This document shows, piece by piece, positions 53,836 through 62,109 of a DNA stretch of 64,000 nucleotides (positions within the stretch are counted from its first letter, which is position 1; each line of letters starts with the position of its first letter). The position numbers and the translations under genes were made by a program. The DNA comes from Pseudomonadota bacterium. GTDB taxonomy: Bacteria; Pseudomonadota; Gammaproteobacteria; Steroidobacterales; Steroidobacteraceae. The notes beneath the pieces are model-generated. The model saw nothing but the letters and a program-made list of their open reading frames with translations. It was not told the DNA's origin and ran no database searches. The stretch covers positions 14,663 to 78,662 of the forward strand of contig JAEWAF010000023.1 in NCBI GenBank assembly GCA_023391815.1, written 5' to 3'.

Positions 53836-56577
53836 TTACATCCTTACGCGGACGCCGAGCGTGTAGATCGTGTCGTCGTAGCGGAAGTCGCGATTCAGCC
53901 AGTCGTAGTCGAAGTAGCTCTTGTAGCGGTTCTTCAGGATGTTGCTGCCACCCAGATCGACACGGATGGCGTCGCTGATGTCGTAGCCGATGCTGAAATC
54001 CATGCGGCCGCCCGGCCGCACGTAGTTCAACGCGGTCGGGATGTAAGTCACGTCATTGACCCGATCCGGTTCGATCGGGCGGACGATGTTCAGACCCGTC
54101 GTATCCTGATCGTAGTAACGCGAGCGCGCGGTGTAGACCAGACGCCCCGACACCCCGTACTTCTCGTACAGCAAGCCGACCGTGAAGTTGTCCTTCGACA
54201 CACCCTGCAACGGATAGCCCGCCAGCGCATCGTTGCCTTTCACTTCCGTGTCCGCATAGGTGTAGTTGGCGAACGCTCCGAAGCCCGACCAGAGACCGGG
54301 CAGGAAGTCGAAGAACGTTTGACCGCTCAACTCGACACCCTGCAGCGTGGCGGCACCGACGTTACGCGGACGGCTGATGTTGTAGCGGATGCCGTCGATG
54401 ACTTCCGCGTTCGCGGCGGTAATCACGCGATCGGCCAGATCGCGATAGTACACCGCAGCCGACACCATGCTCGGCCCGAAGTAGTACTCGAGCGTCGCAT
54501 CGTAGCTGTCCGAGATCTGCGATTTCAGATTCGGATTGCCGGCGCTGCCGGAATTGATCACGGACTCATTGGTCGCGACGATGTAGTTGATGCCGGGGTT
54601 CAACGAGTTGAATTCCGGACGGCGCATCGTCTTCGCATAGGAGACGCGAGCCTGCAGACCATTGCCGAAGTCGATGCGAGCGCTCGCATTCGGCAGCACT
54701 TCCGTATCGGATGTGTCCGCGACACGCGGAACGACCACGCCGCTCACCACGCCAGCGCCTTCGATGTGCCGTTCGGTTCGCGTCGGACGCGCACCGATGA
54801 GACCGTCGATCGTCAAGCCGCCGACGGGAATCGAATAATCCAATTGGAAATACGCGGCGAGCGTCTCTTCCGAGGCGTCGAAGCGACGCTGCGGTTGAAA
54901 CGCCGGATTGCCAACGGCAACGCCGTAGATCTGGCGCAGCACGTTGCGGCCCGCCGTCGAGCGCAGGTAATCCGGATTCGGAATCAGGAACGCCGCGCCG
55001 TCGTTGATGCGATCGACGCCCGGCGCACGCACGAGGAAATCAGCCGGCAGCGGCAGACCGGCCAGCGCCGTCGCCATATCGCCCCCCGGCGCGCCTTGAT
55101 TGACCTGCGCCTGTTCGAACAACGCGCTACGGTCGGCGTACCGAACGCCCGCTTCGAGCGCGCGGATGAACCCGAACGCGCCGTCGAGCTCGTGACGCAC
55201 ATCGAGCCGCGTCTGCCACAACTCGCCGGTGGACTCATCGAACGTCTGGTTCAAGCCATTGCGCAAGTACCATCCTCCGTCCGCGCCGAGCGGATTGCCG
55301 GGGTGCCAGGTCATGCCGCCTTCGTTCACATCGGTGGCGTAGTCGACGGTGATGCGCTTGCCGATGTCGACGATGAAGTTGGAGAACTCCTGCTTGGATT
55401 TCTGGAACGCGGTATCGAACTTCACGCTGGTCGGCCCGCTGTTCCATTTGAAGCCGAGCGCGCCGAGATAGTTATCGACGTCCTGTTTCTTGGCCTGCGA
55501 GCTGGTCAGGCCGCGAACATTGGAGAACCGCGCCGATTCCACATTGCAAAGGGTGTCGGTCGTGAAATTGCCGGCGGCAAGCTCCGCGCGAGTGGGATTG
55601 AATCCGGCGGGCGTCACGCGCGCCAGGAAACAACGGCTCTCATCGATCTCCATGCTCTCCAGCCGCGTCTCGTTGAAGAAGAACGGCGTCGCGATGAAGG
55701 CCGACTGCACCTCCGAACGGTAACCGGCGTAGAGGCCATCCGCATAGACCTCGAGGTTGTCGGTCGCCTGCCATTGAATGGCCAGGTTCGCCTGCGGCCG
55801 CTCGTACCAGCCGTAATCGTTCAAGCCGCCGAAGGTCACCGGCGCGGCCACGCCCGTGATGTTGTACGGGTTCGTGTTGAGACTGCGTCGTTCGGCGACG
55901 AACGAGATCGGACGATCGAAATCGTTCTTGTACCAGGTGACGTTGAGCAGCGCGCCGATTTCGCCGTCGCCGACCTGCCAGCGATCGGTCGCGAGGAAGC
56001 CGAACTGCGGGTTGATGTCATCGACGTTGTCGGGATAATTGGCGCGCGCTGTGGCCACGAACGTGCGCTCGTTGAAGTTGAATGGCTTGTGCAGACGCAG
56101 GTCGGTCACGCCGGCGATACCGCCTTCGATCAGGTTGGCGGTGCTGCTCTTGATCACGTCGACCCGCGACAGCGCTTCGGCCGGCAAGTCCTGAACCGCG
56201 AAGCCGCGCCCGGTCGTCGAGAAAATCTCGCGTCCATCGAGCGTCGTCAGGATGTCGCCCAGACCGCGAATCAAAACGCCGGTGATTTCATTGTTGGAGC
56301 CGACGCTGACCTGCACGCCCGGCACACGCTGTAGAGCCGCCGCGGTGGTTGCGTCCGGGAATTTACCGATGTCCTCCGCGACGATCGAATCGACAACCTG
56401 CGCCGATTCGCGCTTGATCTCGGCCGCGCGCTCCAGACTTTGACGGATGCCGGTGACGACGACCTCTTCGAGCTGCTGGCGTTCCGCCGGCGCCGCCTGC
56501 TGCGCCAATGCGCCGCCCGCCGAGCCAAGCAATGTGGCGGCGGACATCGAGAACAGGAACGAACTTCTGAGCCTCAT
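53836..56577 (-). CDS. TonB-dependent receptor
   Basis: Signal peptide, EEVVVTGIRQSLE...DSIVAEDIGKFPDATTAAALQRVPGVQV plug, long barrel, terminal ...YTLGVRVRM. ATG at 56577. Confidence 0.92.
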   Translation of the reverse strand: MRLRSSFLFSMSAATLLGSAGGALAQQAAPAERQQLEEVVVTGIRQSLERAAEIKRESAQVVDSIVAEDIGKFPDATTAAALQRVPGVQVSVGSNNEITGVLIRGLGDILTTLDGREIFSTTGRGFAVQDLPAEALSRVDVIKSSTANLIEGGIAGVTDLRLHKPFNFNERTFVATARANYPDNVDDINPQFGFLATDRWQVGDGEIGALLNVTWYKNDFDRPISFVAERRSLNTNPYNITGVAAPVTFGGLNDYGWYERPQANLAIQWQATDNLEVYADGLYAGYRSEVQSAFIATPFFFNETRLESMEIDESRCFLARVTPAGFNPTRAELAAGNFTTDTLCNVESARFSNVRGLTSSQAKKQDVDNYLGALGFKWNSGPTSVKFDTAFQKSKQEFSNFIVDIGKRITVDYATDVNEGGMTWHPGNPLGADGGWYLRNGLNQTFDESTGELWQTRLDVRHELDGAFGFIRALEAGVRYADRSALFEQAQVNQGAPGGDMATALAGLPLPADFLVRAPGVDRINDGAAFLIPNPDYLRSTAGRNVLRQIYGVAVGNPAFQPQRRFDASEETLAAYFQLDYSIPVGGLTIDGLIGARPTRTERHIEGAGVVSGVVVPRVADTSDTEVLPNASARIDFGNGLQARVSYAKTMRRPEFNSLNPGINYIVATNESVINSGSAGNPNLKSQISDSYDATLEYYFGPSMVSAAVYYRDLADRVITAANAEVIDGIRYNISRPRNVGAATLQGVELSGQTFFDFLPGLWSGFGAFANYTYADTEVKGNDALAGYPLQGVSKDNFTVGLLYEKYGVSGRLVYTARSRYYDQDTTGLNIVRPIEPDRVNDVTYIPTALNYVRPGGRMDFSIGYDISDAIRVDLGGSNILKNRYKSYFDYDWLNRDFRYDDTIYTLGVRVRM

Positions 56578-56654
56578 GCTGTTTTTACCCCCCATTAAAG
56601 ACGACGTGCTGGCAGCGTCGAGGCCGCGTACTGGAACATACGACCTAAACGTCT

Positions 56655-56671
56655 GACAAGTATTATTTGTC
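56655..56671. promoter_or_regulatory. Operator-like 8-1-8 inverted repeat in the divergent TBDR / GH43-like promoter region
   Basis: GACAAGTA-T-TATTTGTC (7 of 8 complementary) inside the only A/T-rich stretch of this intergenic region. Confidence 0.3.
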
Positions 56672-56720
56672 TTATAAATCATTTCAAGCTACGCTGTCCA
56701 CACTGACGGGGGAAACAGCC

Positions 56721-57794
56721 ATGACCGCATTGAAAATCTCGCGACGCCTGCTGTTGGGAGCCACGTTATTGGCGGCCACCGCGATCACGGCCACCGCGTT
56801 GGCACGTCAACCGGACCCACCAGGCCAGGTGCGCGCGGGCGAAAAGCCGGTGAACGAAGCGTATCTGTTCGCGCACATGACTCACGCCGACTACGGTCGC
56901 CTCTACTACAGCGCGAGTCTCGACGGCCTGCACTGGTATCGATTGAACGAGGGCAAGCGCATCACCGACGATTATCGCGGTCACCCCGATATCGCGCGCG
57001 GACCCGATGGCACTTATTACATCGCCGGCAACGAAAGCGATTCGGCGCCGACCATCGACATCTGGTCGTCGCGCGATCTGATCGAGTGGAAGCGCTTCAG
57101 CACCTACACACCGGACCTGAAAGCCACACCCGGCTACTCGCAGGCGCTGCAAAGAATCGGCGCGCCGAAAATCTACTTCGATGAGCCCTCGAAGCAATTC
57201 GTGATGACCTGGCACACGCCGCACCTGGAAGGCACGCCCGAGGACGGCGAAAGATATTGGGCCAGTCAGCGCACGCTGTATGTGACATCCAAGGACATGA
57301 AACAATTCTCGGCGCCGCCGAAGCGCTTGTTGTCATGGGACATGGGCACCATCGACGTGTTCCTGCGCCGGGCCGAAGGCAAATATTGGGCGATCATCAA
57401 GGACGAAACCTATCCGACCCTCGATTGGGTCACCGGCAAGACCATCCGCATCGCCAGCTCCGAGAAGTTGCTGGGCCCGTATGAAAACCTGAGCCCGCCG
57501 ATCAGCCCGAACTTTCGCGAGGCGCCGATGCTGATCCCCTCGCCCGACGGCAAAGTCTGGTATCTCTATTACGAGCAGTACCCGGGCGTGTCATACGGCC
57601 TGTCGGTCGCCAGCAAGCTGTCGGGGCCGTGGTATCAGATCTCCGGCTACACCTTCTACTCGACCTGGGACAAGTACAGCCTGCCGCCGAAGGTCCGGCA
57701 CGGCGCGATGATCACCATTTCCCGCAAGCAATACGACGCGCTGGTCCAGCGCTTCGGCATCGAGCCGCCGGCGAAGGAACCGACTGGCAATTGA
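56721..57794 (+). CDS. Tat/Sec-exported five-bladed-propeller glycoside hydrolase (GH43-like)
   Basis: MTALKISRRLLLGATLLAATAITATALA, then YLFAHMTHADYGRLYYSASLDGLHWYRLN...HPDIARGPDGTYYIAGNE...IDIWSSRDLIEWKRF...REAPMLIPSPDGKVWYLYYE. The family assignment is by eye. Confidence 0.75.
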   Translation: MTALKISRRLLLGATLLAATAITATALARQPDPPGQVRAGEKPVNEAYLFAHMTHADYGRLYYSASLDGLHWYRLNEGKRITDDYRGHPDIARGPDGTYYIAGNESDSAPTIDIWSSRDLIEWKRFSTYTPDLKATPGYSQALQRIGAPKIYFDEPSKQFVMTWHTPHLEGTPEDGERYWASQRTLYVTSKDMKQFSAPPKRLLSWDMGTIDVFLRRAEGKYWAIIKDETYPTLDWVTGKTIRIASSEKLLGPYENLSPPISPNFREAPMLIPSPDGKVWYLYYEQYPGVSYGLSVASKLSGPWYQISGYTFYSTWDKYSLPPKVRHGAMITISRKQYDALVQRFGIEPPAKEPTGN

Positions 57795-57801
57795 CCCGCG
57801 G

Positions 57802-57845
57802 CTCGGGTCCAAGCTGAACGGCAGCTGATCGAGCCGGGACCCGAG
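57802..57845 (+). terminator. Long nested hairpin just after the GH43-like stop (possible terminator, no U tract)
   Basis: Outer stem CTCGGGTCC (57802..57810) pairs with GGACCCGAG (57837..57845). It encloses an inner AGCTG/CAGCT stem. Confidence 0.3.
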
Positions 57846-57861
57846 TCTGAAGTTTGTGAAC

Positions 57862-57888
57862 AAAAAACCCCACGATCGGGCCGTGGGG
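57862..57888 (-). terminator. Canonical intrinsic terminator oriented on the minus strand, with no minus-strand gene feeding it
   Basis: Minus strand reads CCCCACG-GCCCGAT-CGTGGGG-TTTTTTG (7-bp GC-rich stem, 7-nt loop, T6). Both flanking genes are on the plus strand. Confidence 0.5.
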
Positions 57889-57901
57889 GCTGTCAAGCCA
57901 G

Positions 57902-57930
57902 TTGGCTCATCCGGCGCGGTGCCCTACGAT
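57902..57930 (+). promoter_or_regulatory. Candidate sigma-70 promoter placing the TSS within a few nt of the 57939 ATG (possible leaderless mRNA)
   Basis: TTGGCT (57902..57907), 17-nt spacer, TACGAT (57925..57930). Only 8 nt (CCGCCCCC, no SD) separate the -10 from the ATG. Confidence 0.25.
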
Positions 57931-57938
57931 CCGCCCCC

Positions 57939-60479
57939 ATGAGCTTGCGACTTTGCCGATGGCTTTCGACCCTTGCGGTTCTCTCGATCACCTCCGGCCA
58001 CGCCGCCACGCCGGCGCCCTTCGACCTGAAGGGGCCGACGCTCGAAGTCACCGTTTCGCGCGATAAAACCACGCTGCCGATCGCTCAGGTGCCGCACCTC
58101 GCCGAGGGCGACAAGCTGTGGATCAAAGCCGATTTTCCGCCCTCGCAATCCGAGCACTACCTGCTGGTCCTGAACTTCCTGCGCGGCCCGACCAACCCGC
58201 CGCCGAAGGATTGGTTCTTCAAATGCGAGACCTGGAAGAAAGCCTGCGCCGAAAAAGGCATGACCGTCACCGTGCCCGAGGGCGCGCAACAGGCGCTGAT
58301 CTTCCTGGCCCCCGAAGACGGCGGTGACTTCAAGACGCTGATGAATGCAGTCCGGGGCCGCCCCGGCGCGTTCGTGCGCTCGACGCAGGATCTGAACCAG
58401 GCAACGCTCGACCGCTCGCGACTCGAACGCTATCTCGCCGCGATCCGAGACCTGAACGCCGCCAATCCCGCGGTGTTGAAAGACACGACGCCGCTGCTCG
58501 CGCGCAGTCTCGGCATCAAAGTCGACGAGAAATGTCTCGACCGAATCCCGCAACTGCAGGCGCCCTGTCTCATGCAAGGACAGGAAACGCTGATCCTCAA
58601 CGATGGCCACAGCATGTCCATCGTCGAAGCGCTCACCACCGGGCCGGCCAGCGATCTGGTGATGGCCGCGAGCTCCACGCCGCAGGCGAACTATGGCTAC
58701 TACAGCCCGTATCTGTCGTCGCTGCTGGATCTCGGCCGTCTGTTCGATTCGTTTCGCGTCGCCAACTATCAATACATTCCGGCGCTCGCGACCGCGCTCA
58801 AGAACAAACTCACGTTGACGCTCAACACGCCGCCGTCATTCCAGAATCCGAAATCGGTGCTGGTGGCGGCGCTGCCGGCGGTGGAACAAGCCCTGCCTCC
58901 GCCATTACACGCAGTGAGCCCGAAAGATATCTACTGTGCCCGCAAGGATTCGCTGGTGCTGCCGGTCGAGGGCGCGCCTCTGGTATTTGCGACGGAGTAC
59001 GCGCACAACACGGTCCTTCGCGTCACCGGTAAGAACGGAGAGACGATCGATCTGCCCGCAACCGCGGATGCAACTCAAGGCGGCTTCCTCATCGACACTT
59101 CACCGCTGGGGACCGCGAGTCTGTCCGATCGCTTCCGCGGGTCGCTGCATGGCTATTGGGGCTTCGATAAGTTCGACGGGCCCGGCTTTCAGCTCGTCAA
59201 CACGCACTCGCAGGCCTGGGCGCCGGCTTCGCAAGATGATGGTTCGCTGATCGTCGGTCGCGCCAACACGATTCATCTGCAGACGGGCAGCGTTGCCTGC
59301 ATCGATCGCATCATGGTGAAAGATCCTACCGGCAAGGAGCTGCGGGTGGACTGGTCGCCGGTCAAGGCGAATGAAGTCGAAATCAATCTGCCTCTGCAAC
59401 AGGCCCAGCCGGGTGCGTTGACGCTGTTCGTCTCACAATTCGGTTCGAGCGAACCGCATCCGGTCGAGCTGCGCGCCTATCCCGAAGCCGGACGCTTCGA
59501 AAGTTTCACCATGCACGAGGGCGAAGCTTACGGCGTGCTGAAAGGCAGCCGACTTGCCGACGTGGCGAGCCTGTCGGTGAAGGGCGTCGAGTTCGTGCCC
59601 GCGGCTGCGATCGCCAATCCGGAAAGCGATCAGCTGCGCATGGAAGTGAAGGCCGCCGAAACGGCCGACCCGTCGAATACGCCGGCGCCGAGCTTGCAAC
59701 AAGGCGACACGGCCAAAGCGAAAGTCACATTGCATGACGGCCGCAGCTATAACGTCAATGTCGCCGTGGCCGCGCCGCGTCCCCGCGTCGAGCTGGTCGG
59801 CAAGAGCGTGCAAGCGGCGTCGGGCGGCAACTCGAGCAACATCCAGCTCGCGAGCGAGAATCAGCTGCCGCAAGACGCACAGCTCATCTTCTCGGTGCGC
59901 GCCAAGTCGCCATCCATCTTCAGCCGTGAAGCCACGATCGAAGTGGCCAGTGCCGACGAAGCACTCGCGACCACGCTGAGCTTCGCGAACCGCACGCTCA
60001 CGCTGGCCGACAGCAAAGTCGCGGTCGCGACGTTCGATCCAACCAAGGCGTTCGGCTTCTCGGCCTTCGGGCCGCTGAAGTTTCGGGTCGTGAACAAGGG
60101 CGTCGCAGGTGACTGGCAGCCGCTGGTGACTCTGGTTCGTTTGCCGGTGCTGAAAGATCTGGAGTGTCCGACCGATCCCGCGCAATCCTGCAAACTCACC
60201 GGCGCCAATCTGTTTCTGGTCGATTCCGTCGCCAGCAATCCGGAGTTCAAAGAACCCGTCGCCGTGCCGATCGGCTTCCCCGGCCGCGCGCTCCCGGTGC
60301 CGCGACCCGGCAAGAGCGGGCTTTATCTCAAACTTCGTGACGACCCGAGCGTCGTCAATCTCGCTGCGCTCGTTGTCGATGAGCCGCCTCCTCCGCCGGC
60401 CGAAGCCACGTCTGCCCCGGTTCCGACGCAAGAGCCAGTGACCGCATCGACGCCTCCGGCGCCCATATCTAATTTGTAG
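57939..60479 (+). CDS. Large exported hypothetical protein (846 aa), no recognisable domain, Pro-rich C-terminus
   Basis: Signal peptide MSLRLCRWLSTLAVLSITSGHA. Balanced, beta-rich composition throughout. Several Cys pairs in the first 220 aa. Tail DEPPPPPAEATSAPVPTQEPVTASTPPAPISNL. The antisense ORFs are Arg-rich shadows. Confidence 0.8.
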   Translation: MSLRLCRWLSTLAVLSITSGHAATPAPFDLKGPTLEVTVSRDKTTLPIAQVPHLAEGDKLWIKADFPPSQSEHYLLVLNFLRGPTNPPPKDWFFKCETWKKACAEKGMTVTVPEGAQQALIFLAPEDGGDFKTLMNAVRGRPGAFVRSTQDLNQATLDRSRLERYLAAIRDLNAANPAVLKDTTPLLARSLGIKVDEKCLDRIPQLQAPCLMQGQETLILNDGHSMSIVEALTTGPASDLVMAASSTPQANYGYYSPYLSSLLDLGRLFDSFRVANYQYIPALATALKNKLTLTLNTPPSFQNPKSVLVAALPAVEQALPPPLHAVSPKDIYCARKDSLVLPVEGAPLVFATEYAHNTVLRVTGKNGETIDLPATADATQGGFLIDTSPLGTASLSDRFRGSLHGYWGFDKFDGPGFQLVNTHSQAWAPASQDDGSLIVGRANTIHLQTGSVACIDRIMVKDPTGKELRVDWSPVKANEVEINLPLQQAQPGALTLFVSQFGSSEPHPVELRAYPEAGRFESFTMHEGEAYGVLKGSRLADVASLSVKGVEFVPAAAIANPESDQLRMEVKAAETADPSNTPAPSLQQGDTAKAKVTLHDGRSYNVNVAVAAPRPRVELVGKSVQAASGGNSSNIQLASENQLPQDAQLIFSVRAKSPSIFSREATIEVASADEALATTLSFANRTLTLADSKVAVATFDPTKAFGFSAFGPLKFRVVNKGVAGDWQPLVTLVRLPVLKDLECPTDPAQSCKLTGANLFLVDSVASNPEFKEPVAVPIGFPGRALPVPRPGKSGLYLKLRDDPSVVNLAALVVDEPPPPPAEATSAPVPTQEPVTASTPPAPISNL

Positions 60480-60536
60480 CGCGCGCGGCAGGGTGAACAC
60501 GTCGCGAGCGCAGCCGTCGAGCTGAATCGGATCGCC

Positions 60537-61280
60537 TCAGGCAAACTCGTACGTGCTTAGCCAATCCGCAATGAAGCGCACGAAGCGAGCAGCGTCGGCG
60601 CCATTGATGACGCGGTGGTCATAGCTGAGCGAGAGCGGCAGCATCTGCTTCAGCACCGGCTGTCCCGCTGCGTCGGGCATGAAGCGATCCTGCATTCGAG
60701 AGATGCCGAGAATGGCGACTTCCGGCGCATTGATGATCGGCGTGAACGCTGTGCCGCCGATATGGCCGAGCGAGGTCAGAGTGAAGCAACCGCCTGCCAT
60801 CTCGGCGATGGACAAGCCTTTGGTGCGAGCCTTTTCCGAAATCCGCACGATTTCGCGGGCGATCTGCCCCACGTCCTTTTGATCGCAGTCGCGAAGCACC
60901 GGCACGAGCAGCCCGCCGGGCACGTCGACCGCGACCCCGATGTTGAAATAGCTCTTCGCGAACACCGTCGCGCCATCGGCGCTCAGGGAACAATTGAAAT
61001 TCGGCTGCTGCTGTAACGCCGCGACGCTGGCTTTGATCAGCACTGGCAAGAGCGTGCGCTTCTCGTCCGGGTGCGCGGCATTCCACGCTTTTCGCCGGCG
61101 CTCGAACCCAGTGACATCGGCCTCGTCATGATGGGTGACGTGCGGGATGGACACCCAATTGCGGTGCATCGCCCGCCCGACGAATCCCTGGATCTTGCCG
61201 ACCGGGCGCGCTTCGACCGGACCATACTTTGAAAAATCGTCGGCGGGCCAGGGCAACATGGCATCGGCTGCGGTGCTCAT
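60537..61280 (-). CDS. Stand-alone 2-oxoacid dehydrogenase E2 acyltransferase catalytic domain (AceF-like), no lipoyl or E3-binding domains
   Basis: DFSKYGPVEARPVGKIQGFVGRAMHRNWVSIPHVTHHDEADVT...GCFTLTSLGHIGGTAFTPIINAPEVAILG...LSLSYDHRVINGADAARF. Active-site DHRxxNG as in pseudomonad-type E2p. Confidence 0.88.
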   Translation of the reverse strand: MSTAADAMLPWPADDFSKYGPVEARPVGKIQGFVGRAMHRNWVSIPHVTHHDEADVTGFERRRKAWNAAHPDEKRTLLPVLIKASVAALQQQPNFNCSLSADGATVFAKSYFNIGVAVDVPGGLLVPVLRDCDQKDVGQIAREIVRISEKARTKGLSIAEMAGGCFTLTSLGHIGGTAFTPIINAPEVAILGISRMQDRFMPDAAGQPVLKQMLPLSLSYDHRVINGADAARFVRFIADWLSTYEFA

Positions 61281-61403
61281 TCCTTACACGACCTTCAGAA
61301 CGGGCGGGAATCGCCCACTGCCCGATTGATCGGCACAAGCGCGGTCCCGGCCCGGGAGGAACAACTGACCGAGCAGGCCGCTTTCTAGAGCACCGTGAAT
61401 GCC

Positions 61404-62105
61404 ATGTTCCACGATCGGCCTGAGCTACCGGGCATCCGTGTGCCCGCATCGACATGGGCACTGGTTCCGTTGAAGTCGAGCGACCGGGCCAAGTCGCGGC
61501 TCGCCGAGGTGCTCGATACTCACCGGCGCCGAGAACTGTTCTTCTCGCTCGCGGAGCAAGTGATTCTCGCTTTGAGTCGAAGTAACAGCGTCGATTTCGT
61601 TGCCGTCGTGACAGCAAGTCGTGAGGTGGCGGCATTCGCAAGAGGTCTGGGGGCTACACCGATCCTGCAAGCTGCGGACGTCGGGATGTCACCGGCGATC
61701 GAACTTGCCATGCAGAGCTTGCAACCTCTGCAACCTCGACGGGTGCTGATCGTGCCCGGTGATCTGCCGTTGATCACCGCCGGCGCGGTCGACGAGATCT
61801 GCGACGCTCAGCTCTCGAGCGATCATGTGGTGCTCGTGCCCGACCGTCGACACGAAGGCACGAACGCGATGCTCTGCTCGCCTCCGCGGATGCTCGCGCC
61901 TCGCTTCGGCACTGACAGCTTCGCTCGACATCTCAGTTTGGCTCGCGCATCGGGCGTCGTCGCGACCGTGATGGAGAGCGAGGAGCTCGCGCTCGATCTG
62001 GATAGCGTCGACGATCTGACTTATCTGCACAGTCTCGGAACGGAGCGTTTGACGGACATCCTTGCCCCGAGGCACGAGCCTTTGCGCGCACCAACCATCG
62101 GGTGA
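61404..62105 (+). CDS. cofC: 2-phospho-L-lactate (or 3PG/PEP-type) guanylyltransferase CofC/FbiD, F420 biosynthesis
   Basis: WALVPLKSSDRAKSRLAEVL...VVTAS...VLIVPGDLPLITAGAVDEI...VLVPDRRHEGTNAM. Start uncertain (GTG 61395, ATG 61404 or GTG 61440). The stop lies 4 nt before the fbiC ATG. Confidence 0.85.
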   Translation: MFHDRPELPGIRVPASTWALVPLKSSDRAKSRLAEVLDTHRRRELFFSLAEQVILALSRSNSVDFVAVVTASREVAAFARGLGATPILQAADVGMSPAIELAMQSLQPLQPRRVLIVPGDLPLITAGAVDEICDAQLSSDHVVLVPDRRHEGTNAMLCSPPRMLAPRFGTDSFARHLSLARASGVVATVMESEELALDLDSVDDLTYLHSLGTERLTDILAPRHEPLRAPTIG

Positions 62106-62109
62106 CGAA

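Noticed and set aside
53764-56334. 856-aa plus-strand ORF
   Set aside because: Antisense to the TonB-dependent receptor at 53836..56577. Its composition is dominated by Arg/Ala/Val/Asp, with no signal or domain. The receptor frame has a plug, a barrel and a canonical terminal residue.
57924-60500. Minus-strand ORFs 57924..58772 (282 aa) and 59433..60500 (355 aa), tempting because 57924..58772 ends just upstream of the orphan minus-strand terminator
   Set aside because: Both are extremely Arg/Gly-rich shadows of the 846-aa plus-strand gene, which has a signal peptide and balanced composition. The same reasoning applies to 35708..36967(+), 40328..41497(+), 28086..29165(+), 12373..13482(-), 44778..45770(+) and 32473..33702(+).
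60537-61394. Interpretation of the E2 catalytic-domain gene as a 5'-truncated aceF pseudogene
   Set aside because: The ORF has its own ATG at the natural domain boundary and an intact catalytic motif. Only about 115-125 bp of non-coding DNA lie upstream before cofC, so no lipoyl-domain remnant is present. It is kept as a stand-alone gene, but comparison with a full-length paralogue is needed.
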